A stretch of DNA of 64,000 nucleotides from positions 3,264,001 to 3,328,000 of the forward strand of contig OZ244042.1 in assembly GCA_965215015.1 (NCBI GenBank), in the 5' to 3' direction. A model generated the notes under the pieces. That model had not been told where the DNA came from and ran no database searches. It worked only from the letters and a program-made list of their open reading frames with translations. Source of the stretch: Candidatus Poribacteria bacterium. GTDB lineage: Bacteria; Poribacteria; WGA-4E; PCPOR2b. Positions 27,872 through 38,572 of the stretch are shown here, piece by piece. The position numbers and the translations under genes were made by a program. Every line of letters begins with the position of its first letter. Position 1 is the stretch's first letter.

Positions 27872-29368
27872 ATGACTGAATCAAAGCAGAGCGACATTGA
27901 CCCACGCCGTCTGGAACTGGCGTCTGATCCGTATCGTCCAGCATACCATTTTCTAGCACCAATCAACTGGATGAACGATCCGAACGGTACCATTTTCTGG
28001 AAAGGTAGGTACCACATCTTTTACCAGTACAATCCCAACGGGGCTTTCCATGGTACAATACATTGGGGACACGCCTCTAGTGCGGATTTGGTTCACTGGA
28101 CGGATCACTCCATTGCGCTGCCGCCCGGGCCGGAGGGAGCAGATCGGGACCAGTGCTATAGTGGTGCAGCGTTTATCAACAAAGAGGGAGTACCTACATT
28201 TATCTATCACGGTTTGCCGGCTGGCATCTGCCTCGCTACGAGCAACGATGATTTGCTTATCAACTGGGATAAACACCCGGCAAACCCGATTATACCCAAT
28301 CCACAGGCGCGAGATGGGTATCGAATCGGTGGTGCCCCATGCGCTTGGGTTGAAGGAGATACCTACTATGCACTGACCGGAAACAGCGGTTCCGCCCCGC
28401 CAGATGTGGCGTATTTATATACCTCCCAAGACCTCGCTCATTGGGAGTATTTGCACCCCTTCTACGAGGGAGGCATTTTCACAGAGTGGGGTGAGGACTG
28501 CGGCTGTCCCGACTTTTTCCGTTTGGGAGATAAACATGTGCTGTCCTTCACTAGCCACCCGCGTGGGGCGCAATTCTACATTGGAACTTACGCCAACCAA
28601 CGGTTCACCCCGGAGCGTCACAAGCGATTAGCACTCGGCGATACCGGCCGGCCCGGTGTCTACAATGAGGGCTTAACGCTGCTGGATGACAAGGGTAGAC
28701 GCATTCTGTTCGGCAGACTCCACGAAGGACGTTATAGTTACGTCCAACGTGCCTCTGGTTGGGCGGGAATGTTTGCCCTTCCGATGGTTTTGTCGTTATC
28801 CGATGACGGCGATCTACTCATGGAACCTGTTCCAGAGCTGGAAGCGTTACGAGGCAATCACACGCACTTTTCCGACATCCAATTGAACCCGGGCGAAGAG
28901 CGTCAGCTTGAAGAGATTAGAGGGGACCAGTTGGAAATTCGAGCGGTGTTTGAATGGGAAAGTGCCGAAGAATTCGGTCTGAAAGTTTGCTGTTCCCCGG
29001 ATGGCGAAGAGCAAACCCTCATCCGTTTTAACCTCAATCCATGGTCAGCCAACCGTGTGCCACAGGAGATTGGACAGCTTCGGGAGTTGATTTTGGACGC
29101 AAATCGGTCTAGCATCAGTTCAGAGGTGAGCAATCGTGAATCACAGCGGTGTACATTGGATCTTCCTTACGGAGAGTCAATAGAATTGCGAGTATTCGTG
29201 GATCGGAGCGTGGTGGAGATTTTCGCCAATGGCCGCCACTACTTGGCAAAGCGCATCTATCCTGCCCGCCCGGATAGCCTCGGCGTACAGCTATTTGCGC
29301 GAGGCGGCAAGGCGACTGTCCGATCGCTGGACGTATGGCGGATGGGGGCAGTTTGGCCCATTGACTAA
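27872..29368 (+). CDS. GH32-family protein with altered catalytic motifs
   Basis: WMNDPNG, YHIFYQYNP, WGHA.S.DLVHW, YSG, and C-terminal DRSVVEIF. The RDP and EC motifs are replaced. Confidence 0.9.
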   Translation: MTESKQSDIDPRRLELASDPYRPAYHFLAPINWMNDPNGTIFWKGRYHIFYQYNPNGAFHGTIHWGHASSADLVHWTDHSIALPPGPEGADRDQCYSGAAFINKEGVPTFIYHGLPAGICLATSNDDLLINWDKHPANPIIPNPQARDGYRIGGAPCAWVEGDTYYALTGNSGSAPPDVAYLYTSQDLAHWEYLHPFYEGGIFTEWGEDCGCPDFFRLGDKHVLSFTSHPRGAQFYIGTYANQRFTPERHKRLALGDTGRPGVYNEGLTLLDDKGRRILFGRLHEGRYSYVQRASGWAGMFALPMVLSLSDDGDLLMEPVPELEALRGNHTHFSDIQLNPGEERQLEEIRGDQLEIRAVFEWESAEEFGLKVCCSPDGEEQTLIRFNLNPWSANRVPQEIGQLRELILDANRSSISSEVSNRESQRCTLDLPYGESIELRVFVDRSVVEIFANGRHYLAKRIYPARPDSLGVQLFARGGKATVRSLDVWRMGAVWPID

Positions 29369-29434
29369 TTTACAAAACATGACACGATTCTGGTAAGCGA
29401 AGGGTGTAAGTCCCAATTTCATTATCTGAAGGAG

Positions 29435-30232
29435 GTGGCTTCGATGCCTGAAAGCAGAGACAGTTCATTTGAAGGAAATCTAGCGCAACTTGAGCGCGAT
29501 GGATTTCTACTTATCAAGAGTGCCCTCGACATAGAAACCGTCCAGAAATGGCGGGCTAGTCTATATGGGTCCTACGAGCGGGAAGAGTATGACCGTAGAA
29601 ACAGTGTCGGCAATGTATCGTATAACCGGTTGCTAGAGCAGGAGCCAGAGATGACGCGGGCCCTTATCGCACATCCCAGCGTTGCGCCATACCTAAAGGC
29701 AACGCTAGGGAAGCAGTGCCAACTCCGTAGTGTCCGGGCGCGCCTCAACCCTGACGACTACACGCAGGAATGGCACATGGACTTCTACGATTACTGGTAT
29801 CAAGAGGAGAAAGTTGATGCAAGTCGTTTTGTCCAAGGTTTTTGCATGAACACCACTTTTTATCTGACCGACAACACGCCGGGGCGGGCCCGACTCACCT
29901 TTGTCAAAGACCTCTGTCATCAACCGATTCCCGAAAAACTTCGGAGGCATCTTGGGTACACGGAGGACCGAAACAATCTGTTCCAACGTTGGTGTGACGA
30001 ACAGCCACATGCAGACTTGTATCCGATGAGTGGGGATGCGGTGGTGTTCTACAGTCATATCCCCCACCAAGGTGCTAAAATGGGACCCGACCCCGAAGGG
30101 GAGATTCGTGGGAATATCGTTTTTCACTACCAGCAGAACCCGATGTATCCCGGTATCCGCTTTGTCAGTCATCCACAGTTCACGCTCGATGCCCTCGGTT
30201 ATGACGACACTTTTCCCTTCGCAGCAGATTAA
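29435..30232 (+). CDS. Phytanoyl-CoA dioxygenase (PhyH)-like Fe/2OG enzyme
   Basis: LERDGFLLI, WHMD, GDAVVF...H.G, conserved Arg. Confidence 0.8.
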   Translation: MASMPESRDSSFEGNLAQLERDGFLLIKSALDIETVQKWRASLYGSYEREEYDRRNSVGNVSYNRLLEQEPEMTRALIAHPSVAPYLKATLGKQCQLRSVRARLNPDDYTQEWHMDFYDYWYQEEKVDASRFVQGFCMNTTFYLTDNTPGRARLTFVKDLCHQPIPEKLRRHLGYTEDRNNLFQRWCDEQPHADLYPMSGDAVVFYSHIPHQGAKMGPDPEGEIRGNIVFHYQQNPMYPGIRFVSHPQFTLDALGYDDTFPFAAD

Positions 30233-30275
30233 ACGCATCTAAAAATTCTCAAAACGACAACGGAGGATACATTCT

Positions 30276-31340
30276 ATGGCAACATTTCGTCCCAAAGTCC
30301 TAATAGCTTGTGATGAGCGCGTCCGTAATGCTTATCTACCACCGGAAGAGATAGAACGGCTTGAAACCTTCGCTGATTGGGAGTGGTTCTCCTGCGAAGG
30401 CGGAAGCATCTATACCACGAACGAAGCCCCCGGAGCGGCAACAGAGCTCTGCGAACATGTCAGCGAGATTAATGGTCTAGTTGTCTGCCACGGCTGTCCC
30501 ACAATTACGTCGGAGGTTATGAGTGCCGCACCCAATCTGAAAATCATCGGTGAACTAGAGGGGGATCGTTTCGCCAGCCGGATTGACTTGGAAGCTGCGT
30601 GGGAGCGGGGAGTCCGCACGGTGGATACCACCAACGGCTCTTCCTATCCGGTCTCAGAGTGGGCGTTGGGGCTTATCCTGATTGCGTTACGCAATGCGGG
30701 GGCGCAATTCCGTCGCATTATCGCCGGTGAGACGACCCGAGATGCGGGCGCACTCAAATATGCTGGTGGACGCCTCACCGGGAAGCGGGTTGGGTTGATC
30801 GGGTGTGGAAATATGGGCAGACGTCTTATCAAGTTTCTCCGCCCGTTCGAGGTTGATATCTGGGTATATGACCCCTATCTACCGCGAGAAATGGCGGAAG
30901 CGGTTGGCTTTCTACAAACCTCACTGGACAATCTGCTGTCGCAGTGCGATGTTATTGTCTGCGTTGCACCGTTGACACCGGGAACACAGCGGATGATTGG
31001 GGAACGCGAACTGAATCTGATTCGGTCCGGTGCGGCATTAGTCAATGTCTCTCGCGGCCCAATTATTGACCCCGACGCACTCATTGCACGCCTCAAACGT
31101 GGGGATATCACCGCCGGATTGGATGTTTTCGATCCGGAACCGATTCCACCCGATAGCGAAATCATCAATCTGCCCAACGTCTTTCTTACACCGCACTTCG
31201 CTTCCTATACCGGCGACGACTATCCGCACTTCTTTGAACTGATGGTAGACGAGTTGAATCGTTTCTTCCACGGTCACGAGACGTTCTTTGATCTGACTCC
31301 GCGCTCACTGGCGAACCGTCGGGGTAGTGAACCGGCTTAG
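30276..31340 (+). CDS. D-isomer-specific 2-hydroxyacid dehydrogenase
   Basis: GCGNMG, VNVSRG, LDVFDPEP, TPH. Confidence 0.92.
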   Translation: MATFRPKVLIACDERVRNAYLPPEEIERLETFADWEWFSCEGGSIYTTNEAPGAATELCEHVSEINGLVVCHGCPTITSEVMSAAPNLKIIGELEGDRFASRIDLEAAWERGVRTVDTTNGSSYPVSEWALGLILIALRNAGAQFRRIIAGETTRDAGALKYAGGRLTGKRVGLIGCGNMGRRLIKFLRPFEVDIWVYDPYLPREMAEAVGFLQTSLDNLLSQCDVIVCVAPLTPGTQRMIGERELNLIRSGAALVNVSRGPIIDPDALIARLKRGDITAGLDVFDPEPIPPDSEIINLPNVFLTPHFASYTGDDYPHFFELMVDELNRFFHGHETFFDLTPRSLANRRGSEPA

Positions 31341-31362
31341 GCAAAGCGTTCAAATAATCCGC

Positions 31363-32331
31363 TTACGCACGCTGCAGGGTGTCCTCCAAACCCATAAGTG
31401 TAGCGTACATTATCTGTACTCGCTTCATTGGAATTGACAGTGCCTGTGCCTCCTCAAGTATCGGGCCGATACACGCCTGAAATTCTGTAGGTATGCCTTT
31501 CTGTATATCTTGGAGGGCGGAGTGCGTCGATTGACTTCCAGCTAAAGGTGATGTCAACACCTTTTTAATCGCTTCTTCTGCAGTCCCTTGACACCAGGTT
31601 TTGACATGGTAGGGGCCAAGATCTATTAAGGGAATTTCTTTCGCTGCAGCCAGTAGCTGAAGTTCTCTGACCATGCCGATATACGCTGTAGCCAGCTGTC
31701 TGTTGGAGAGAACGCCAGCGTTACTCTGCCTAGAGAGGGTAGCAAGTAGACCGATGGGTATCCACCCCACCATTTTTGACCACGTAGCAGACAGGATACC
31801 GTCGGATGCCTGCGTGATAAGCCCCGCCTGTTGAAAAAGGTTCACAATTTCGTCAACGCGTCCTGATGCACCCCCATCAAGTTCGCCAAATTGCGTGCCG
31901 CCGTCGTATGTCCAATTCACGACTCCCGGTGCTGGACGCTCCCCTGCAACAATAGCAAGGGCACCTAGCACTTTTTCCCTTCCAAAGACGTTGACTAACA
32001 GCTCGTCTTTCACCACCCCATTCTGGAGAGAAGTGACACAGTCACGTGCCTGTATATGTCCCGTCGTGATCAGTGCTGCTTGTGTGTCTTGAGCTTTCAC
32101 AGTATAGATAAGGATATCGCATTCCCGAATACTTTTGGGATCATCAGTCGCATTGACCCCGATGTTAAACTCCTGAAGCCCAGTCAGGCGGAGGGCACGT
32201 TGTCGCTGAATTGTATCAATATGTGCGCCCGGACGACCAACGATGGTCACATCGCATTCCCCTGTTCGGGCTAAGAGGGCGGCAACGGTCCCACCGAGTC
32301 CGCCCGGTCCAACAATCACCAACCTTTTCAT
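31363..32331 (-). CDS. Ketopantoate reductase (ApbA/PanE) family protein
   Basis: GPGGLG, TVKA, SLQNG, WSK, SALQD...TE. Confidence 0.85.
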   Translation of the reverse strand: MKRLVIVGPGGLGGTVAALLARTGECDVTIVGRPGAHIDTIQRQRALRLTGLQEFNIGVNATDDPKSIRECDILIYTVKAQDTQAALITTGHIQARDCVTSLQNGVVKDELLVNVFGREKVLGALAIVAGERPAPGVVNWTYDGGTQFGELDGGASGRVDEIVNLFQQAGLITQASDGILSATWSKMVGWIPIGLLATLSRQSNAGVLSNRQLATAYIGMVRELQLLAAAKEIPLIDLGPYHVKTWCQGTAEEAIKKVLTSPLAGSQSTHSALQDIQKGIPTEFQACIGPILEEAQALSIPMKRVQIMYATLMGLEDTLQRA

Positions 32332-32352
32332 AATTTTCCCCGATTCGTTCTG

Positions 32353-32898
32353 CTATGCGTGACCTACCCAAGCTGTGATTAAAGCTGCAAGGTTGCCCAT
32401 CGCAATCTCTAAGTTCTGTTCAAAATCTGATGCCGCATTGTGATCCACTGTGATCGGTTCCGTTCAACCCAACCTACGGGTTCTCGGTCTATATGTCAGG
32501 TTGATTAGTCCTTCAACCGGCGATAGGTCGGTTACCAAAGTATCGCGAAAATCAAGACGGGTGAGTTTTGTTAAACTCCTCACAGGCGATATATCGGATA
32601 AGAGGTGGTTGCTGTTAAGCCGGAGATCTCGCAGGTTGATTAAGCCTCCCATCGGTGAGAGGTCGAAAATCTGATTGGCTACAATAATTAACTGGTTCAG
32701 ATGAGTTGCAAATTGAACCCATTGACAAGGTAGTAGCCCTGTAACCCATTAGGAAGATTGAAGATTACCTCACCACCATCATGTGTGAATGACAGCTTGA
32801 GCCCCGCAGATGAATATCAACAAACTGATGGGTGTGATGAGGTGCTGCCGTTGTTTGCAAATTCCCATCAAATAGGAAATGGGATGATGCTTAAACAT
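32353..32898 (-). pseudogene. Decayed internalin-like leucine-rich-repeat gene
   Basis: AGGAG SD and ATG at 32898, signal-like start, then frameshifts. LRRs read QFATHLNQL..NQIFDLSPMGGLINLRDLRLNSNHLLSDISPVRSLTKL. Confidence 0.65.
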
Positions 32899-32970
32899 AG
32901 AGTGTATCTCCTGATATGCTAGTTTGCGAATTAGATTCGTTCTTGCTATAGATGGCAACTTGCGTTATTA

Positions 32971-33157
32971 TAACCCAAGTTGCTAGATAGCCCGTCATAG
33001 GCTTCGCAGGTTAGCTATCCATCCCAATCAGATCGGGATTTCGCTACGCTCAATCTGCGCCCCGTTGAATCGTTGGGGTCGAGCGAAGATGCCCGACCTA
33101 TGGTGTGCGGAAGGGTTACGGCATACGGAGTATGCCTACTACTAGCAATTCGCGCTA
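32971..33157. mobile_element. MITE-like element, family 2 (TAACCCAAGTTGCTA ends)
   Basis: TAACCCAAGTTGCTAG ... CTAGCAATTCGCGCTA. A further right end lies back-to-back at 32954-32967. Confidence 0.6.
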
Positions 33158-33346
33158 TTATAACATCCGCATAAAAAAAGTAGAATCAAAAAATCTACTA
33201 GTATAAATATCTATACTTTCGTTGGATTGCCAAATCTAACAACAAATGGGGGATAAATTTGTAACGTAGCACCGATTTAGCAGTTGTTCAAAATGCAAGC
33301 AATTGGTATAATATTTCTGTATATCTACCAATCACGGAGTGAATCA

Positions 33347-34339
33347 ATGATTGAAAACCAGACAGAGCAAAACGTTACAAGCGATTGGTGGCTTGGGATG
33401 CCCCATACCGTCGAACCTAAGATCTGGAAGTGGCTGGAAAAATATCCGGACCGATTGGAACTGCGTCACACCACACAATACACAGGGCATAAAATCTACG
33501 CGCTGACTGTAACGAACAGAGACATTCCGGCAGACAGCAAGAAAAAGCTATTGACCACCGTTTCCCATGGTCATGAGCCTGCGGGCACCGCAGCAATCAT
33601 GAATTTTATTAATCAACTGCTCATGGGCGGACACCTCAATGGAAAGCAAACAGATTTGGCTGTGCAGACAATTCTTGATGAAACGCTTTTGACCTTTATC
33701 CCGATCGCGAATCCCGATGGACGTTCCCGGGCGCCTGTTGACTGTTGGGATGGCTCGATTTACAACGCTAGTGAATTTTTCGACTACATGAAAGGTTATC
33801 GTACTGATGGCAGGAGGTTTGATTGGCCCGAACCGCGGGTGTGGAAGCAGAGCGAGGAAAATGTGGCTCGTGTTGGCATCACCTATGCTCAAATTGACCA
33901 AGACACTTACGCCGAAAACTTTTGGGCACCGGAAGGTACCCGGTATAAGGTCTTGATGGAGGAGTTAGGAGAAACTCACTATTATGACGCACTTTTAGAC
34001 TTACACCAAACCTACGAGCAGGAAGAGCACTACGACACCTTTGTGCAGTATGCGGATGCGGATTGGATGCCGAAAGCACAGCAAGAATATGCCCTCGCTT
34101 GGGGTAAGGAGATACAAAAGACCTTTGAAAAGATTGGTGCCCACTTCAGCGGGATTCACACCGGCGGCGATGAACGCTGGATTATCCACCAATTTTCCGT
34201 CAAATACGGAACTCCTAATCTGCTCTTTGAAGTTCAGAATAACCACCCTAACACGCCGATGGACGAGCAACTCCTTTATGCGGAAGCCATAATTCGCGGC
34301 AGCATTGAATGGTTGCGTGGCGACACGATAACTATATGA
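33347..34339 (+). CDS. M14 family zinc carboxypeptidase-like protein
   Basis: HGHE, IPIANPDG, LDLH, C-terminal LFE. Confidence 0.82.
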   Translation: MIENQTEQNVTSDWWLGMPHTVEPKIWKWLEKYPDRLELRHTTQYTGHKIYALTVTNRDIPADSKKKLLTTVSHGHEPAGTAAIMNFINQLLMGGHLNGKQTDLAVQTILDETLLTFIPIANPDGRSRAPVDCWDGSIYNASEFFDYMKGYRTDGRRFDWPEPRVWKQSEENVARVGITYAQIDQDTYAENFWAPEGTRYKVLMEELGETHYYDALLDLHQTYEQEEHYDTFVQYADADWMPKAQQEYALAWGKEIQKTFEKIGAHFSGIHTGGDERWIIHQFSVKYGTPNLLFEVQNNHPNTPMDEQLLYAEAIIRGSIEWLRGDTITI

Positions 34340-34571
34340 AGGGTTGATAGAGTAGGAGGCACGATCCGCGTGCTAATCGTTACGGCATATTGCTTGGCTA
34401 ACATGCAATTGCCATTAAACTCCCAACCCCGTAGATAGGGTATCTTGTTCCATCTACCCCTGAGCCCCCTATCTGTATCCGTGCAATCTGAGTCATCTGC
34501 TGCATCTGCGATTCAGACAATAATTATGAGCCCCCTCAACTCTATCATAACTAACCCACAGGAGTATTCCT

Positions 34572-35801
34572 ATGAAAATTAAGCATGTTGAAACAATGAC
34601 TGTGGATATTCCCTTTTACTGTGACCACGTAACTCGCGCCATGCAGCGGGCTCAGACCCACGATGAGCGCGTTCATCTGTGTCGCATCGAGACTGACAAC
34701 GGCATCGTTGGGTATGGCGATAGCGGCGTTTCGGATGCGGACCGGCTGATTGGTCAGAATCCTTTCGTCATCATGAACGACGACTCTATCGGTTTTGGCG
34801 CACAGTTGGCTGTGCTGGATATAGCAGGAAAAGCCGCTGGCGCGCCAGTGCACGCCCTGCTAGGTGACAAAGTGCGCGATCGCTGTCCCATCTCTTGGTG
34901 GGATATCGACATGCCGCCGGAGGATTGGGCTGCAGAGGCAAAGGAATCCCTCAAACGCGGCTACACAACCTTCAAGATGAAAGCCCGTCCTTGGCGCGAC
35001 ATCATTGAGCAGATAGAGACGGTCGGAAAGGTTGTGCCACTCGATTACAAGTTCGATGTGGACTTCAACGGTTTCCTGCTGACTCAGGCAAAAGCTGAGA
35101 TTATCCTCCAGCAGCTTGATCCTCACCCCAATATTGGTATGTATGAGAGTCCCTTCTATCTCCAGCAAGATCTGACAGGTGCCCGCATCCTCCGGGAACG
35201 GGTGTGCAAGCCTATCGTTGAGCACTTCCGCGAGGAGTGTCTGCATTCCCATTGCAGTGACGGCTTTGTAATCGGTGGCGGTGTCACGCAAGTTCGGCGC
35301 GATGCCACGCTCGCTGCCGCCTTCAACAAACCTTTCTGGCTGCAATTGGTCGGCACCGGTATCACTACCGCCTTCGCCGTACATCTCGGTTCAGTTCTCT
35401 CACACGCCCAACTGCCCTACATCACCTGTTTTGAATTGTGGGAACACAATCTCCTCAAAGAAGGACTTGAGGTGGTAGATGGATACATTGACGTGCCAGA
35501 CGCGCCGGGGTTGGGGATCGAGGTTGATGAGAAGGCTATTAAGAAGTACCGGGTTGAGCCTAGTACGCCAACACCGACAGCGTTGTATCGTCAGAAGAAG
35601 CGTATTCTCCGCATCAGTTGGCCCGGCGTTGGAAAGAAACAGCGGGTTTGGGAATTCACTGACGAATCCATTTATCAGCAGGCTTTCTATCAAGGCAACC
35701 TTCCCGGCTTTGAACGCGGCGTGAATCTGGAGGTCATTGAGGACGACAATAGTTCTGGTTTTCGGAAACAACATGAAAAACTGGGAGCTCGAGGGCTGTG
35801 A
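34572..35801 (+). CDS. Mandelate racemase/muconate-lactonizing (enolase superfamily) enzyme
   Basis: ETDNGIVGYG, FKMK, VDFN, ESP, PGLGIEVD. Confidence 0.88.
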   Translation: MKIKHVETMTVDIPFYCDHVTRAMQRAQTHDERVHLCRIETDNGIVGYGDSGVSDADRLIGQNPFVIMNDDSIGFGAQLAVLDIAGKAAGAPVHALLGDKVRDRCPISWWDIDMPPEDWAAEAKESLKRGYTTFKMKARPWRDIIEQIETVGKVVPLDYKFDVDFNGFLLTQAKAEIILQQLDPHPNIGMYESPFYLQQDLTGARILRERVCKPIVEHFREECLHSHCSDGFVIGGGVTQVRRDATLAAAFNKPFWLQLVGTGITTAFAVHLGSVLSHAQLPYITCFELWEHNLLKEGLEVVDGYIDVPDAPGLGIEVDEKAIKKYRVEPSTPTPTALYRQKKRILRISWPGVGKKQRVWEFTDESIYQQAFYQGNLPGFERGVNLEVIEDDNSSGFRKQHEKLGARGL

Positions 35802-36197
35802 TTGCCCGAATCGTATCTAACTGAAGCTCATTGGTTCATTAATGAATCAATGAATGATAAGGTAGAACCTCTATTGTGCTTGATAGGGATTTGCATCTAC
35901 CCGCTCAACCTAACCTACTAAAGCTCCAGCAGGGTGAATATAGCAATGCCAAATCACCACAACCCAAAAGGCAAGCAGATCGGCGCAGCAAGGTTGATTT
36001 CTATGATTCTTTTTGACCCATTGGTACGATACAGGAGTTCACAAGTTCTATCTTGTAAATCCTTGAATCCTGAGCCTCCTAACTCAGGCAAATGTTCAGT
36101 CGTTCAATGAACCATGTGGAAACGATAGCCTCACCAACTCGCACCAAAGGTTATTAAATTTCTAAGAAGATTCTTACTTAAGGAAAGGAGTATTGTC

Positions 36198-38510
36198 ATG
36201 TCAGAATATGCAGTCCTTGGCAAAAGACTACCCAGAGTCGATGCCCTTGAAAAAGTAACAGGTGCAGCGCAATACGGAGCTGATGTTCACCTGCCCGGTA
36301 TGCTCCACGGTAAATTTGTTCGTAGCAAACACCCACATGCAAAAATTGTTAGCATCGACACCAGCGAAGCTGAAAAACTTCCCGGTGTTCGGGCTATCAT
36401 CACCCAAGACGATGTTGAGAGCGGACGACGGGTCTTTGCTTCTGACAAAGTCCTGTATCTCGGTGAACCGATTGCAGCCGTTGCGGCAACAGACCCGGAC
36501 ATCGCAGAGGAAGCTGCCGACCTAATTCAGGTCAACTATGAAGTGTTACCCGTTGTTCAAGACGTAACCGAGGCGATCAAGCCGGACGCGCCACGCCTGC
36601 ACAGCGATGATACCAAAGATGGCCCCACCCGTAGAGCGATTAGAACCAACTTGAGAAGACTTGAGCGGGACGAATCGCAAGACTATAGCGCAGAGATTGC
36701 GGAGTTAAACGCACAGTTGGCAGGGATAAAAGATGAAGTCTACTACAACATCTCCGCTGAAACCCACACAGCGGTTGGTGATGTCGAGGAAGGCTTCGCC
36801 GAATCAGACCTTGTCGTGGAAGATACCTATGTCATTCCACGGGTTCATCAGACCTACATGGAGCCGCACGTTTCTGTCGCTGATGTCGATTCCACCGGGA
36901 AAGTAACGGTGTGGGCAAGCACACAAGGTCCCTTCGCCATCCGATCCGGCATCGCCGGCACGCTCGGCATTCCGCTCAATCAGGTCAACGTGATTGCGAC
37001 AACGATGGGCGGCGGATTTGGCGGCCGTTTCGGCGTCGCCTTGACGCATGTGCCTGCGGTTCTCCTCTCTCAGAAGACGGGACGTCCGGTAAAGATTCAG
37101 ATGACCCGCGAAGAGGAGTTTACCGATGGCCGTCCTGCACCGGGGTGCGTGATCACACTAAAAACGGGTGTAAAAAATGACGGCACAATCGTCGCCCGTC
37201 AAGCCCTTGCCTTTTGGGATTCCGGTTCCGTATCGGGTGCCTCGATTGGTAGCACCCTCCGCGTACGGGGTGTCTATAAGATTCCGCACCTAAAGGTTGA
37301 CGCATATGGCGTCTACACAAACAAGTCTGGCACCGCTGCCTATCGCGCCCCGGGTACACCCCAAGCTGCCTTCGCCGGTGAATCCCAACTCGATGACATT
37401 GCACGCAAACTTGGTATGGACCCGGTTGAGTTTCGTCTCAAAAACATGCGTGAAGAGGGCGATTCCATCCCCGGCGGCGGTCAGCGTGGTGGATCCAGAG
37501 AACCGAAGGTCGGTTATAAAGAAACCCTGCAAGCGGTTGCCGATGCTGTTGGTTGGCAGAGCCGAACCAAAGGACCAAATCAAGGGTGGGGTGTGGCGAT
37601 TGGTGATTGGACAAATGGTTGTGGACCGGGTGGGATGTTCGTCTCTATCCACGAAGATGGGAGCGCGCGAATCTTCCACGGTTCTATGGACATCAGCGGC
37701 ACCGATACCGCAATTACCCAGATTGTTGCCGAGGTGCTGACCCTCCCCTACGAGCAGGTTGCAATCACCCGTGGCGATACCGATTCCGCACCTTATGCCA
37801 CCGGTTCTGGCGGTAGCGTTGTTACCTTCACGATGGGGAACACCGCCAAGATTGCGGCTGAAGACACGCGCAAACGTATTCTGGAACTCGCCTCTGAACG
37901 GTTGAATACGGAGATCGATAACCTCACACTGGATGGAGGAAGGGTGACCACAGTTGTCGGTGATCCGCCGAAATCGATTGGATTCGGTGAGTTGGCTGCA
38001 TACAGCCTTTCAACAACAGGCGGTCCCATCGTTGGCAAAGGTTCGTTTGCACGGCAACCGACGACGCCAGCCCTTGCCGCACAAATCGCTAAGGTCGAGG
38101 TCGATTCGGAGACCGGCAGAATCAAGGTGCTGAAGATGGCATCTTCTCAGGATGTCGGCTTTGCTATCAACCCGATGGCAGTGGAGGGACAGATTGAAGG
38201 CGGTACAGTACAAGGCTACGCTTGGGCGACCATGGAGGAGATGCAGTATGACGAGAACGGTAGCGTGAATCCAGGCTTTGTCGATTATCGTGTGCCGACC
38301 TCCGCAGACCTACCAACCGTTGAATCCGTTATCGTTGAAGTGGAAGCTCTCAACGGGCCGTTCGGCGCGAAAGGTGTCGGCGAACCTCCCATCACGCCTA
38401 CCTTGGCAACGATGGCGAATGCTGTTGCTGATGCAGTTGATGTCCGAATTACCGAGCTCCCGATGACACCAGAGCGGGTTGTTGATGCGATTGGTAACAC
38501 ATCCGTTTAG
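36198..38510 (+). CDS. Xanthine dehydrogenase family molybdopterin-binding subunit
   Basis: KVTG.AQY, HQTYMEP, GGGFGG, AYRAPG, GQIEGG, GAKGVGEP; AAGGAG SD. Confidence 0.93.
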   Translation: MSEYAVLGKRLPRVDALEKVTGAAQYGADVHLPGMLHGKFVRSKHPHAKIVSIDTSEAEKLPGVRAIITQDDVESGRRVFASDKVLYLGEPIAAVAATDPDIAEEAADLIQVNYEVLPVVQDVTEAIKPDAPRLHSDDTKDGPTRRAIRTNLRRLERDESQDYSAEIAELNAQLAGIKDEVYYNISAETHTAVGDVEEGFAESDLVVEDTYVIPRVHQTYMEPHVSVADVDSTGKVTVWASTQGPFAIRSGIAGTLGIPLNQVNVIATTMGGGFGGRFGVALTHVPAVLLSQKTGRPVKIQMTREEEFTDGRPAPGCVITLKTGVKNDGTIVARQALAFWDSGSVSGASIGSTLRVRGVYKIPHLKVDAYGVYTNKSGTAAYRAPGTPQAAFAGESQLDDIARKLGMDPVEFRLKNMREEGDSIPGGGQRGGSREPKVGYKETLQAVADAVGWQSRTKGPNQGWGVAIGDWTNGCGPGGMFVSIHEDGSARIFHGSMDISGTDTAITQIVAEVLTLPYEQVAITRGDTDSAPYATGSGGSVVTFTMGNTAKIAAEDTRKRILELASERLNTEIDNLTLDGGRVTTVVGDPPKSIGFGELAAYSLSTTGGPIVGKGSFARQPTTPALAAQIAKVEVDSETGRIKVLKMASSQDVGFAINPMAVEGQIEGGTVQGYAWATMEEMQYDENGSVNPGFVDYRVPTSADLPTVESVIVEVEALNGPFGAKGVGEPPITPTLATMANAVADAVDVRITELPMTPERVVDAIGNTSV

Positions 38511-38521
38511 GGTTGAATAGA

Positions 38522-38549
38522 GTAGGGAACACAAATCTGCGTTCCCTAC
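38522..38549. repeat. GTAG REP-like palindrome (relatives at about 14307, 27624, 41737, 47528, 51993 and 54686)
   Basis: GTAGGGAAC-N10-GTTCCCTAC; identical arms at 47528-47555. Confidence 0.75.
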
Positions 38550-38572
38550 TACCTTGATAGGTTGGGAAAACT

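Noticed and set aside
36198-38510. Aerobic CO dehydrogenase CoxL
   Set aside because: The active-site loop is AYRAPG, not AYxCSFR, and no coxM/coxS are adjacent.
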